Of a DNA stretch of 64,000 nucleotides, positions 54,346 to 63,573 are shown piece after piece. The stretch comes from a virus. Its lineage: Duplodnaviria; Heunggongvirae; Uroviricota; Caudoviricetes. Positions within the stretch are counted from its first letter, which is position 1. Each line of letters starts with the position of its first letter. Both the position numbers and the translations under genes were made by a program. The stretch lies in IMG/VR virus record IMGVR_UViG_3300044259_000028, positions 18,283 through 82,282 of that record; one strand, 5' to 3'. Under the pieces are notes generated by a model. It saw only the letters and a list, made by a program, of their open reading frames with translations, was not told the origin of the DNA and made no database searches.

Positions 54346-54348
54346 CTC

Positions 54349-54738
54349 TTAAAATGTTTCCCATCTTTCTACAGCACCATTAGTATGGTAGATACCTTTA
54401 GGTTCTTTAAATACCTGAGAACTTCTGATCTTCATCCGCAAAACATCTCTCAGAGTAGGAGTAACAGCATCCATTACAAAGACATGTGACCATTGGAAAC
54501 CTCCCCAATTGTGTAATTCGTTGTCTGGAACAACTGCGAGGAACTTTATTCTAGCTTCATTACTGAAAACAAACTCTCTTGCTTGAACCCTTTTCTCGCA
54601 ATTACTTTCTTGATTCTCTAGCATTTTAAAAAGGTAATCACGTCTGCCAGCACTACCACAAATAAGAAAGATACTCGCTCCATCCTCTTGTGCAGTGGCT
54701 AGAGCTTTTTCAATCATCTGTTCATCGGTTTTATACAT
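54349..54738 (-). CDS. Hypothetical protein
   Basis: 129 aa. Confidence 0.4.
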   Translation of the reverse strand: MYKTDEQMIEKALATAQEDGASIFLICGSAGRRDYLFKMLENQESNCEKRVQAREFVFSNEARIKFLAVVPDNELHNWGGFQWSHVFVMDAVTPTLRDVLRMKIRSSQVFKEPKGIYHTNGAVERWETF

Positions 54739-54741
54739 ATC

Positions 54742-55131
54742 CTAATTTTCCTCGCCATACAGATGTTTTCTAAACAGTGCTACACGGTCTTCTTTATTCA
54801 TCAGATTCAAGCTTTTAGCCTCACTTGTTGCTACGACAAAAGAATCGTACATTTTGGCACTAGTGGTAATAATGTAGTTAATCTCTCCTTTCTTGAAGGA
54901 CATAAAACCTTCTCCATTATCAAAGTCGCCCATGTCTGCATACTCATCACGACCACTAGTAGTGCTGTATCCGCGAAGTTCAAGATGATCCATAATGTCA
55001 AATGCACACCAAGTGTCACGAGCTAGCACAACATAGTCAGCATCAGTGTTCATTGGTGGAGGATTACAAATTACACGACTTCCCGATGCGAACACACTTA
55101 CGGCAAAAGGTAAAACATCATTGTGTTCCAT
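54742..55131 (-). CDS. Hypothetical protein
   Basis: 129 aa. Confidence 0.4.
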   Translation of the reverse strand: MEHNDVLPFAVSVFASGSRVICNPPPMNTDADYVVLARDTWCAFDIMDHLELRGYSTTSGRDEYADMGDFDNGEGFMSFKKGEINYIITTSAKMYDSFVVATSEAKSLNLMNKEDRVALFRKHLYGEEN

Positions 55132-55142
55132 TAAATTCCTCC

Positions 55143-56219
55143 TTATACAAACTCTACCACAGCTTTCGCTGCATCTTGTTTTTGTGGAGCTACTGGAAAA
55201 TCTTCAGCATCTTCCTCGTAGTTTTCACCATCGATTGTCTTACGATATTGAATCCAACCTTTCAGGTTACCACTCCACATATTACCTTTACGATCCATGT
55301 GGCTAATACCCTTCTCCCAAGTTTCAGGTAGAAACGGAATGTTGCGCATATCATCGCTCCAAACGAATTTGGTAGTAGCGATAGGGGTAGCACAATGTTC
55401 CAGCGCACTTGCATGCTTCTTGTCAGCACCCACTAGACGGTCATAAAGCTCTAGGCATTTCTTAAGGCCATAGTCTTCATTACGGTAGGATACAGCAGCG
55501 CAACGAGCGCAACTAACCTTTATAGCATCTTCAAGTGAAATATCAGTAATTCTAAAATTATCGTCGATATCCCCTGTGATTCTACGCTCTTTGATGTGGA
55601 AATACTGGTTGTCATTGACATAAGTAACATCCATGTATGGCAAATGCCAATGCCCTGCCTTCAACACTTGAGGAACACTTGCATCCTTACTCTCACGCAT
55701 CACACGAGCAAGCTCACGCAGCGTAGGATCGGCAGCGTCATCGTCGCGCAGCCAGAAGAAGTTGTCAGTGCAAGTACCTGAGATGACAGTTTTCATCATC
55801 TGGAAGGGTTCAGTCAGACGGTTATACACTTGCTTGTGATAACCTGCTTCGAAGAATTTCTTAGAAGCTTCTACGGCTTGGTCACGGTAATCTTCCCATG
55901 CAATTTCAGGAGCAACACCAGCCTCTCCCCATGAACCCATAACAGGCATACCAAAATCCTCACCTTTATCCTGCATACCCGGATTAGCTTGACCAAAACG
56001 TACAGGCCGACCATTAAGTTGCTGGATCATCTTTGCGAATGGGATTGCACGACTACTGCTACTATTCTTCGACAGTGCACGATGCGTGTTTAGCTCAGCG
56101 AGGATGATACGAGGATATTCAATCACCCAAGTAATCATCCTTACACCAGCTTGTGAAATACTATCAGCTAGCACCCTAGCTTTGATGCCAGCTTTACCTT
56201 CATATGGTTTTAACTTCAA
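55143..56219 (-). CDS. thyX: Flavin-dependent thymidylate synthase ThyX-like
   Basis: ELNTHRALSKNSSSSRA matches the ThyX (R/T)HRxxSxNxxSxR signature as recalled from memory. 358 aa. Confidence 0.6.
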   Translation of the reverse strand: MKLKPYEGKAGIKARVLADSISQAGVRMITWVIEYPRIILAELNTHRALSKNSSSSRAIPFAKMIQQLNGRPVRFGQANPGMQDKGEDFGMPVMGSWGEAGVAPEIAWEDYRDQAVEASKKFFEAGYHKQVYNRLTEPFQMMKTVISGTCTDNFFWLRDDDAADPTLRELARVMRESKDASVPQVLKAGHWHLPYMDVTYVNDNQYFHIKERRITGDIDDNFRITDISLEDAIKVSCARCAAVSYRNEDYGLKKCLELYDRLVGADKKHASALEHCATPIATTKFVWSDDMRNIPFLPETWEKGISHMDRKGNMWSGNLKGWIQYRKTIDGENYEEDAEDFPVAPQKQDAAKAVVEFV

Positions 56220-56425
56220 AGTACATCTCCAAACATAACAGAATTGTGCATACCTTCAAAGCCTTTAAACTTTACTTCAGTACGCCATTTATCGACAACC
56301 GTGTATTCTACTTCAAGTGTCATACCTTTGACAACACCAAGCTTTTCAATATTCTCACGGTCACTCGTATACCCATTCTCACCGAGATACTCCACTTTAT
56401 CACCGGATTGTGCATAGCGATCCAT
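56216..56425 (-). CDS. Hypothetical small protein (KOW-like SGDKVEYLG)
   Basis: 69 aa. Confidence 0.35.
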   Translation of the reverse strand: MDRYAQSGDKVEYLGENGYTSDRENIEKLGVVKGMTLEVEYTVVDKWRTEVKFKGFEGMHNSVMFGDVL

Positions 56426-56428
56426 TTA

Positions 56429-56716
56429 TTAACCTTTCACATACTGTTTGGTGCAGCGCTCACGTGGCTCACCTGTATCAGCTTCTACAGCCGCGATAAA
56501 AGTCCTACGAGCGACACCAGCACCTCTGTTATTACGATCTTCTTTATACTGCTCGCTACGCATCATTGCTTTGATGTGACGTGTTTCACGTTGTCCTGCT
56601 GTCAGCCCAAGGGCCACCATTGCAGTTTCATGGATAGCTTGCGTGCGGCGAGTATATTCAGATGATTCATTGCAGATTTTCAGAATCTTCTCCAGCGCTT
56701 GACGGTGTTCGCTCAT
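56429..56716 (-). CDS. Hypothetical protein
   Basis: 95 aa, Arg-rich. Confidence 0.35.
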   Translation of the reverse strand: MSEHRQALEKILKICNESSEYTRRTQAIHETAMVALGLTAGQRETRHIKAMMRSEQYKEDRNNRGAGVARRTFIAAVEADTGEPRERCTKQYVKG

Positions 56717-56736
56717 AGTTCTCTCCTTTTTAGTTA

Positions 56737-57681
56737 TTACTCTACCAGTGCTTTAATAGCTGCAATTTGTGCTTCAGTGAGGCGCTTGTTAAAGGTGATA
56801 GTAGTGTTAGGTGCTTCACTAACAGGTTTTACATCACTAATAAGTGGCGCGTGACGCAGATTACGCTCAGTGTCACCGAACCAAGGGCGATCAGTTCCAT
56901 CATCTTCAGTAAAGTAGACAATAGTACCAGCACTACCACTGTCCGAATCCACCGAAACGTAGTACTGTTGGCCGATAATCAAACCCGCCTTTTGAGCAGG
57001 GGTACGAGTATCAACATACTTCTTCAGTTGATCGAAATTCATCCATTGAGTTTCACCATCAGAAATACGTTTAAATTCTGGACGTTCGCTATTATCATCG
57101 TGAGTGAATTCTACTACATCACCCTTGATATATCGATGCCAACGACCAACACCTTGCTCTTCGCCATTATCCAGCACTTCGTATTTCTCACCAATTACAA
57201 AGCCAGCTTTCTGTGCTGGGGTGCGAGTATCCTCAATATAGGGTTCTACTTTGTCAATATTCATGTACCACGAGCCACTACCTTTATGTTGATTAGGTTC
57301 ACGAGTAGTCCATTTGAAGGACGGAGCAGTCGTGTTATCGTCATTTTCAAAAATCACCACCTCACCTACACGGAAATAGCAGCCGTTACCACCAACTTCT
57401 TTTACTACTACGTACTTATTACCGATAACCAAACCGGCTTCCTCCGCAGGTGTGATGCGTCGCAGTGCATGCTCATCGCACAAGGTTTTACCTTTAGTAT
57501 GGTAGAAGCCGTAGCCACCACTAAAATTCTCGGTGGAGATTTCTGCACGACCACCAAAATCCTCAGATACACCGGTTACTGTTGCAATTTTATTCAAATC
57601 CACATGTGCGACACCGTAACCTGCTTTAATTACTTTTACTTTATCGCCAATCGACAGGGTTTTCAGTTTATATTTTTCCAT
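56737..57681 (-). CDS. Protein with 3-4 tandem ~75-aa beta-domain repeats (TRTPAQKAG(L/F)(V/I)IG..Y)
   Basis: Internal repeats read in the translation. N-terminal SIGDKVKVIKAG KOW-like motif. Confidence 0.45.
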   Translation of the reverse strand: MEKYKLKTLSIGDKVKVIKAGYGVAHVDLNKIATVTGVSEDFGGRAEISTENFSGGYGFYHTKGKTLCDEHALRRITPAEEAGLVIGNKYVVVKEVGGNGCYFRVGEVVIFENDDNTTAPSFKWTTREPNQHKGSGSWYMNIDKVEPYIEDTRTPAQKAGFVIGEKYEVLDNGEEQGVGRWHRYIKGDVVEFTHDDNSERPEFKRISDGETQWMNFDQLKKYVDTRTPAQKAGLIIGQQYYVSVDSDSGSAGTIVYFTEDDGTDRPWFGDTERNLRHAPLISDVKPVSEAPNTTITFNKRLTEAQIAAIKALVE

Positions 57682-57684
57682 AAT

Positions 57685-58137
57685 TTATTTCTCCTTTTCT
57701 TTGTAGAAAATGTGTTTACCAATTTGTTTAATACGTTCAAACTTACTACGCCATGTAGGCTTTACATATTGTGCATGAAAATACTCACTGCTCTTAACAA
57801 CAGGAGGCATTTTATACAGTTCGTACAAAATTGCAAGCTCCTTTTCTGAGACATTTTCATGCAGTTTTATCTCCATACCACGTTTGTAACCTGAGAACTG
57901 AAACTTTTCTTTAACAACCTCACAAGCTGTCAAGTGACGCTTCTCCATGCGTTTCAGAACAATGTCAATGATTGCACGTTGTCCTGCTACTGATTCACCT
58001 CGGGCCTCATCATGCACCACCCACGCCATACAAACATCGTCAGCAGGCGTAGGAGGTATATCAGGAGGAATAGCTAGAGGCGTATAGTAGGCTACTCCCG
58101 TAGCAAATGCAATAGCCCCTAGTATTCTTTTCATCAT
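57685..58137 (-). CDS. Cell wall hydrolase, SleB/Hydrolase_2-like, with signal peptide
   Basis: VVHDEARGESVAGQRAIIDIVLKRM...QFSGY pattern. N-terminal signal sequence. Confidence 0.5.
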   Translation of the reverse strand: MMKRILGAIAFATGVAYYTPLAIPPDIPPTPADDVCMAWVVHDEARGESVAGQRAIIDIVLKRMEKRHLTACEVVKEKFQFSGYKRGMEIKLHENVSEKELAILYELYKMPPVVKSSEYFHAQYVKPTWRSKFERIKQIGKHIFYKEKEK

Positions 58138-59295
58138 TTAACCTTTTTTCAGAAGATATTCATTGCTGATAGCTTTGAACGAGAAGTCACAGCCACAGTT
58201 TTTGAACACCACGCCTTCACGCATCACACCAGCATTATCACCCGGACCCGAGGCGTATGTCAAGCATTTACTCACAACGTCATCTACACTCACTTCACCT
58301 TCTGGCAGGCCCAGTACATCACGCAGAGTGCCAGTAGCCAGAACGGTGACATGGTTAAGGCCAAGGATACCTACAGCCTCTTGACGGCTTGCAGGGCTAC
58401 TATACATCTGTTTATCGATGTTGAAAATATCAAAGATATGGAATTCCACATCTTTAACCTTCTCGTAGTTACCCTGAATGTCGGGAGCAACTACTTCTCC
58501 TTGCAAAGCATAGCTATCCTGTTCGAACTTCGCATACGCCTCCTTCATTGCAGCCAGTACAGGTGCAGCAGCTTTATGGAAATTGCTATCGCCAGTCAGA
58601 GGCAGCATGATGTTACGGCTGCAAATGCCATATACAGGCTCATCAGGCTTACGCACGAAGAAAGCCTTGACCTTCTCCCACAAGGACAGTCGCTGTTTGC
58701 TCAAAGCTTTCGCAGCTTTATAGTGTTCACTTTCAGGAGTCACAATAAACACAGTCATCGAGCTACCATCTTTCTTCATGGTCACTTCGAATTCTTCATC
58801 CAGTGCATTCACAACCATATGGCCGTAGTTCTGGATACGTTCCTGATCTGTCTTAGGAATAAACACAGGGAAGCGCTTGATACCTTGTGCCTGTACTTGA
58901 CGACCCGGAACAGGATTGTCAGGCATTTCCCACTTCTTCACACCCAGCACTTCGGTAACATCGTCACCTTCATTCAGCGAATCACCGTTAGGGACGATGG
59001 ATAATGGCAGTACCAGACCTTGCGAGATTTGTTTACGCAGTTTAATCGTTTTAAGGCGTTCGCCTTTGACACCTTCGAACTCTTTAGGTTCGTGACCTTC
59101 TTTAGTCAGGAACGGGGCTACCTCAGTAGGAACCCATGAGTCGATTTCGAAGTAACAAACCATGTCACCAATAGAGAATTCACTTTTCTTGACGACGACT
59201 GGCCAACCTTTAATCATTGCAACTTCGATCTTGTCAGCGCCAGCGATAGGCAGCAGATCACGAACTTTTTCAATAGTTACCAATTTACGAGTCAT
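58138..59295 (-). CDS. ATP-dependent RNA ligase-like protein (N-terminal tRNA-binding-type OB domain plus nucleotidyltransferase, DraRnl-like)
   Basis: N-terminal LVTIEKV..LPIAGADKIEVAMIKGWPVVVKK OB pattern. Motif I TMKKDGSS (KxDG). Confidence 0.45.
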   Translation of the reverse strand: MTRKLVTIEKVRDLLPIAGADKIEVAMIKGWPVVVKKSEFSIGDMVCYFEIDSWVPTEVAPFLTKEGHEPKEFEGVKGERLKTIKLRKQISQGLVLPLSIVPNGDSLNEGDDVTEVLGVKKWEMPDNPVPGRQVQAQGIKRFPVFIPKTDQERIQNYGHMVVNALDEEFEVTMKKDGSSMTVFIVTPESEHYKAAKALSKQRLSLWEKVKAFFVRKPDEPVYGICSRNIMLPLTGDSNFHKAAAPVLAAMKEAYAKFEQDSYALQGEVVAPDIQGNYEKVKDVEFHIFDIFNIDKQMYSSPASRQEAVGILGLNHVTVLATGTLRDVLGLPEGEVSVDDVVSKCLTYASGPGDNAGVMREGVVFKNCGCDFSFKAISNEYLLKKG

Positions 59296-59296
59296 A

Positions 59297-59797
59297 TCAC
59301 ACCGCCTTTCGCAGAATTTTTTGAATAACCAACAGGTCTTCTTCAGTGAGGTTACCTTGTGCAGTGGAGGTTACACCACCTACCGTAATAGTAGCCGACA
59401 CATACACAACATCCTTCAACAGGCCATGTGCAGCTTCTACAGGTTGTTCAGGTTCTATCTTGACGAAGTTATTAGGGTTCTTACCATCTTCAGATTCAAC
59501 TTTGTCGCCATTGATGTAAATCCACTCACTGGAAACATCAGAGATGGTGTATGCTTTACCCTTAGTATAACCTTCCCCACTGCTTACAGCTTTAACACTA
59601 TCACCGATAGTGAAGCCTTTACACGCTGCCAGTTTGTAGTTAGCAGCATCACGAGTACGAGGATAACCTACATCATCCTTAAACTTAACCGACGTACCGT
59701 CACATCCTGTGACGGTATAAAGGTTACCCATAGTAACATCCGCAGTGTGCTCGTAACTGGTTGGGGTGATAACATCACCTACTTTAAATTTTGCCAT
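59297..59797 (-). CDS. Hypothetical KOW/SH3-like protein
   Basis: MAKFKVGDVITP... Confidence 0.4.
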   Translation of the reverse strand: MAKFKVGDVITPTSYEHTADVTMGNLYTVTGCDGTSVKFKDDVGYPRTRDAANYKLAACKGFTIGDSVKAVSSGEGYTKGKAYTISDVSSEWIYINGDKVESEDGKNPNNFVKIEPEQPVEAAHGLLKDVVYVSATITVGGVTSTAQGNLTEEDLLVIQKILRKAV

Positions 59798-59808
59798 AGT
59801 ATTTCTCC

Positions 59809-60414
59809 TTATTCGTCAAATTGTCCAACAACAAACTCAACACGTGCACATGCTATACGTTTGAGAAGAGGATTTTGTTTGGTGAACTCATCAGCTACCT
59901 TTTGTGCTTCTTCCGCAGATTCGAAGTCACGGTAACCGATAGTACCACCATCCCACAGGTTTTTGTAAACTACAACCTTTTCAGGTACGTTAATCAGGTC
60001 ACGGCTATCTTCCACACCGACGATATACTCACCAGCAAGCGAGTAACCCAGCAGGTTATCCGCAGCAGGATCATAGACACGGATAGGGTAGTCCTTACCC
60101 TTGTCCAGCAGATGAACAAGTTGAACAGCTTTACCGTTTTTCATTTGCAGTGGCTTGGTCAGGTCCAGTGCTGGCTTTGCGACGTACAGTTCGAAGTCCT
60201 TCTCTACAAGAAACTGTTCACGCACACCATCATCGTGAGCGTAGTCATCTCCTGCAAGGTAGTCACGACGGTAGGTTTTACCTTTAACTTGGATTGTATT
60301 ACCACATAACTTAGTTACTTCCACAATACTATCAGGTTTCATATAGTGTCCTGAACTTTTTCCACCAGTGATGACACGTACTTTATCACCTACCTTCACA
60401 TTCTCAATAGTCAT
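59809..60414 (-). CDS. Hypothetical KOW-like protein
   Basis: VKVGDKVRVITGGKSSGHY resembles the KOW motif. Confidence 0.4.
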   Translation of the reverse strand: MTIENVKVGDKVRVITGGKSSGHYMKPDSIVEVTKLCGNTIQVKGKTYRRDYLAGDDYAHDDGVREQFLVEKDFELYVAKPALDLTKPLQMKNGKAVQLVHLLDKGKDYPIRVYDPAADNLLGYSLAGEYIVGVEDSRDLINVPEKVVVYKNLWDGGTIGYRDFESAEEAQKVADEFTKQNPLLKRIACARVEFVVGQFDE

Positions 60415-60423
60415 ACTTTCTCC

Positions 60424-60717
60424 TTAGTTAATTTCCAGAATTTCCAGAATTGCAGCCAGCTTCGTAGTAGGCAGCTTACCGTTTACAACAATATTTGTAC
60501 CAGTACTAGATACTGACACATCGTATGTGTACTTCTGTTCAGGCACAAGGTGTACAGGTTTGAAATGCGTAGCCTTATAAGTATTCAGATCACCATCATT
60601 GTCGACAATATAGATGTAGCTACCTGCTTGGTCGCTCTGTACCGTATACACTTTATCTTTTGTCACGAAGCTGAATTTATCACTGATGCAAATCACTTTA
60701 TCATTTTTCTTAAACAT
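60424..60717 (-). CDS. Hypothetical small protein
   Basis: 97 aa. Confidence 0.35.
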   Translation of the reverse strand: MFKKNDKVICISDKFSFVTKDKVYTVQSDQAGSYIYIVDNDGDLNTYKATHFKPVHLVPEQKYTYDVSVSSTGTNIVVNGKLPTTKLAAILEILEIN

Positions 60718-60800
60718 AGTTTCTCCTCGGTTTTCTCTTGCGAGAGTTGTTTACAGAAGACGCCATATTACTACAACGTCTTCTACTTGTCAACTAAAAT

Positions 60801-61085
60801 TTATTCAGGCTTAGAGTGTTCCTCACAGCGAGGTCCAATCCATCCACGTACAGTGGTCATTCTACCGGGTTTCGTGCAACGCATGCAAGTGTTATCACAA
60901 ATGTTAGATATACGTGAGTAGTCTAAGGCAAACTCACCATTTGTGTAGATGCGTAAACCACCAAACTTCTCCTTAACCTGCACAACCTCACCACCCATGA
61001 TGCAGTATTGCTTCAGTAACTCATTGAGTTCATCGCCAATAGTCTTACGCCAGCCTTCTGGCAAATAATCAGACCAACGCATCAT
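60801..61085 (-). CDS. Hypothetical Cys-rich protein
   Basis: 94 aa, CDNTCMRC...C...H. Confidence 0.35.
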   Translation of the reverse strand: MMRWSDYLPEGWRKTIGDELNELLKQYCIMGGEVVQVKEKFGGLRIYTNGEFALDYSRISNICDNTCMRCTKPGRMTTVRGWIGPRCEEHSKPE

Positions 61086-62455
61086 ACACCTACCTTTCCA
61101 AGCTTTGCAGCTTCAAATTGTTCGTAAACACGCTCCAAACTGTCAGCAACTTTCTTATCGAAACGTTCTTCAATGAAGACCGGAAGAGACAGACTTACAG
61201 TGTCTTTACCACGTGCATCCATAATGTCATTTGCTTCTACAGCAAAGATAGAGCCAATCAGTGTACCATCAATTGCACGTTGCATCAATACTTTTCGTTG
61301 ATCGTCACTAAAGCCACTACCAACATTGTTTATCAACTTCTTACAGGAAGTACCAATAGTGACACCACCAAGCATACCAGCAGCTTTACCCTCACCTTCG
61401 TACCAATCCAGCACCTCGTATTCGCACTCAAAAACAACCTTGTTCTTGACAGCATCCTTAGTACCAGAGCTTGTATCACGCCATACGCCTTCCATAGTCT
61501 TCCATACGGTGCCTTCACGTCCTGCTTTGGTTTCCTTGATGTGAATTGCGTTAGCTTCAGCTACACTCTTTACAATCTTGCTAAAGGCTAAGTAAATATT
61601 AGGATAGCCGTTGCATTCAAGTGCACTCTCAAGGATGAACTTACGGTCTTTGAGAGGTCTGTCTGACTTGCCAGCTTCAAATTCACTCTCATCAATCATA
61701 TCCCATACGGTGTACTGGAATTCATATTGACTAAACTCACCTTCCTCACCACCTTGCAGAATGCTATTAAGCACACCGTTACCCTCTTTACGAGTCATAG
61801 GAGTAAAGCTATCACCGTTCCATTGTGACACAGTGATTTCGCCCATCATAACATGACTATCAATGTCATGTGCAATTTTCGCTACAAACCATTTCGGGTA
61901 GTAGCTACCCTGTCGAGTAATAGCAGCTTTAGGTTTCAGATACGCAAAGCTACCGTCATATTTTACCTCAACATAGAATTCAGATTTAGATTTATAAAAA
62001 TCTAAGATTTTAGGATTCATACTAGCACAGCGCATATACGGAGGGATGAAGTATAGGTCAGGCCAAGTCTTAAGCACCATAGTATCACCTACACCAGCAC
62101 CAATAGAACGCTTAATAAGTAGTTGTGCAAGCTCAAAACCTTCAGGGGTAAGAGTAGAACACATCTGCATTAGTCCCTGCACAGCGGCTTTACCTGTGTA
62201 GAGCCGTTCTGCGAGAGTTTCTTTCATCCAATCTAGAAACTTTTGATCCATTTCAAAACCAAACTTGTCAGCAGGTTTAGCATTCTTATGAATCTTACTT
62301 TGATAATAATTCAGAGACACGTCATAAGTAGCCTTCATGAATTGTTTAAAAAGCTCATTATCCTTATTAGCAATCAGGATAGCTTGCTTTTCAAGGTTTC
62401 CTTTAGCTGCTTGTAAGCTTTTGACAATTTCATATAAAGATTTTTGAGATTCCAT
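61082..62455 (-). CDS. ATP-dependent DNA ligase (T4-like)
   Basis: N-terminal KQAILIANKDNELFKQ like T4 ligase. Motif I EVKYDGS (KxDG). AAGGAGG RBS. Confidence 0.75.
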   Translation of the reverse strand: MESQKSLYEIVKSLQAAKGNLEKQAILIANKDNELFKQFMKATYDVSLNYYQSKIHKNAKPADKFGFEMDQKFLDWMKETLAERLYTGKAAVQGLMQMCSTLTPEGFELAQLLIKRSIGAGVGDTMVLKTWPDLYFIPPYMRCASMNPKILDFYKSKSEFYVEVKYDGSFAYLKPKAAITRQGSYYPKWFVAKIAHDIDSHVMMGEITVSQWNGDSFTPMTRKEGNGVLNSILQGGEEGEFSQYEFQYTVWDMIDESEFEAGKSDRPLKDRKFILESALECNGYPNIYLAFSKIVKSVAEANAIHIKETKAGREGTVWKTMEGVWRDTSSGTKDAVKNKVVFECEYEVLDWYEGEGKAAGMLGGVTIGTSCKKLINNVGSGFSDDQRKVLMQRAIDGTLIGSIFAVEANDIMDARGKDTVSLSLPVFIEERFDKKVADSLERVYEQFEAAKLGKVGV

Positions 62456-62778
62456 TTTTCTTCCTCCTTGTAACGGTTGATAAGTTTGTTTGCCAGTTGA
62501 ATGCGGAAATTATACGCCTCTTTTTCTACCATTTCATACGTCTTACCACCTTGCCTATACAGATAACTTTCCACGGTGTTACAGCCATTAATCTCTTTAG
62601 TGATATCTTTATGAATCTCAGCCTCATAAGAGGATTGGATACGGAAAAAGTTTTGATTTTCTGTCACTGCTTTCATAACAGCTACGCAAAGGTACACGGA
62701 ACGACGGTCACCAAATTTGGTAGGCTCCTTGGACAAATGGTTTTGTACAGCAATGGTCAATAGTTCAGATTTCTTCAT
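62374..62778 (-). CDS. Hypothetical protein, first gene of the leftward unit
   Basis: 134 aa, AGGAGGAAT RBS. 3' end overlaps the ligase start by 82 nt. Confidence 0.4.
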   Translation of the reverse strand: MKKSELLTIAVQNHLSKEPTKFGDRRSVYLCVAVMKAVTENQNFFRIQSSYEAEIHKDITKEINGCNTVESYLYRQGGKTYEMVEKEAYNFRIQLANKLINRYKEEEKWNLKNLYMKLSKAYKQLKETLKSKLS

Positions 62779-62891
62779 GATTCCTCCTATAAGTAATTTA
62801 TAAGCTCCTTAGAAGCTATAAGTAGTTGTTTATTTCTTTAAATAAACCTTTAAAAAGTTGTTAAAGGTTCTTAATAACTGCTAAGAACTGC

Positions 62892-62920
62892 ATTGTACTG
62901 TGCAAGGTTTGCCGTGTCAA
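62892..62920 (-). promoter_or_regulatory. Sigma70-like promoter for the leftward early operon (TTGACA-17-TACAAT on minus strand) with upstream A8 tract
   Basis: Plus-strand attgta at 62892-97 and tgtcaa at 62915-20 with a 17-nt spacer. T8 at 62922-29. Confidence 0.5.
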
Positions 62921-63024
62921 GTTTTTTTTGCAATTTTCACAGAGGTAGAAGTGAGCATGTTGAGTGTGCCAAAACTATGGAGAATTTGGCCAACGTTTCA
63001 AGAATTAGAATCCTGAAAAAGTTC

Positions 63025-63160
63025 ACCGAATTTTTCACTCCTTCTTATGTAGGAAGTGCCTGAATTACTCGAATTTCACTCATGAAATGCTCATTAATGA
63101 GACTTTCAGGTATAAAATATTCAGCTATGAACATTTCACTTATGTACTATTCATTAAGGC
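63025..63160. repeat. Direct repeats of AATTTCACT(C/T)ATG-type motif (at least 3-4 copies)
   Basis: Copies at 62933, 63033, 63072 and 63132: ttttcactcc, atttcactcatgaaatgctcattaatga, atttcacttatgtactattcattaagg. Confidence 0.5.
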
Positions 63161-63491
63161 ATTGTTTACTAATGCGCTATTGTCAAACATACAACTAAAA
63201 ACCTTTAGGGTGTAAGAGGTCCCCACCTTGTTTAAGGATTATTGAATTATACAGGGTTTTCGGAAAATGTAAACGAGTATTTTACTTACATGTTTATAAA
63301 GTAAACGCGCAGCATCGGATTAACTAACCACTGAAACAGTGCTAGTACGTACATATTACCATGTTTTTGCAAGCTGTGAGAAAATTTTTCAGGGTATTGA
63401 CGATTACTACAATACTGTGGTACTCGCGCACCCGCATCTAGAAAACAGGAATCACGTCCAAAACTTTTTCAAAAAATTTGCACAAACCCTA

Positions 63492-63520
63492 TTGACGGTG
63501 GAAAAACGGCTTGCTATAGT
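63492..63520 (+). promoter_or_regulatory. Sigma70-like promoter (TTGACG-17-TATAGT) for the rightward gene
   Basis: Read directly. Confidence 0.5.
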
Positions 63521-63573
63521 TCTGTACATGCACTAACGAAGTGCGCAACCTAACCAACCTAAAGGAAGTCATC

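Noticed and set aside
56767-57849. 360-aa + strand ORF
   Set aside because: It is antisense to the repeat-domain gene 56737..57681. The translation is low-complexity (FFYYYVLI...) with no RBS. A shadow ORF.
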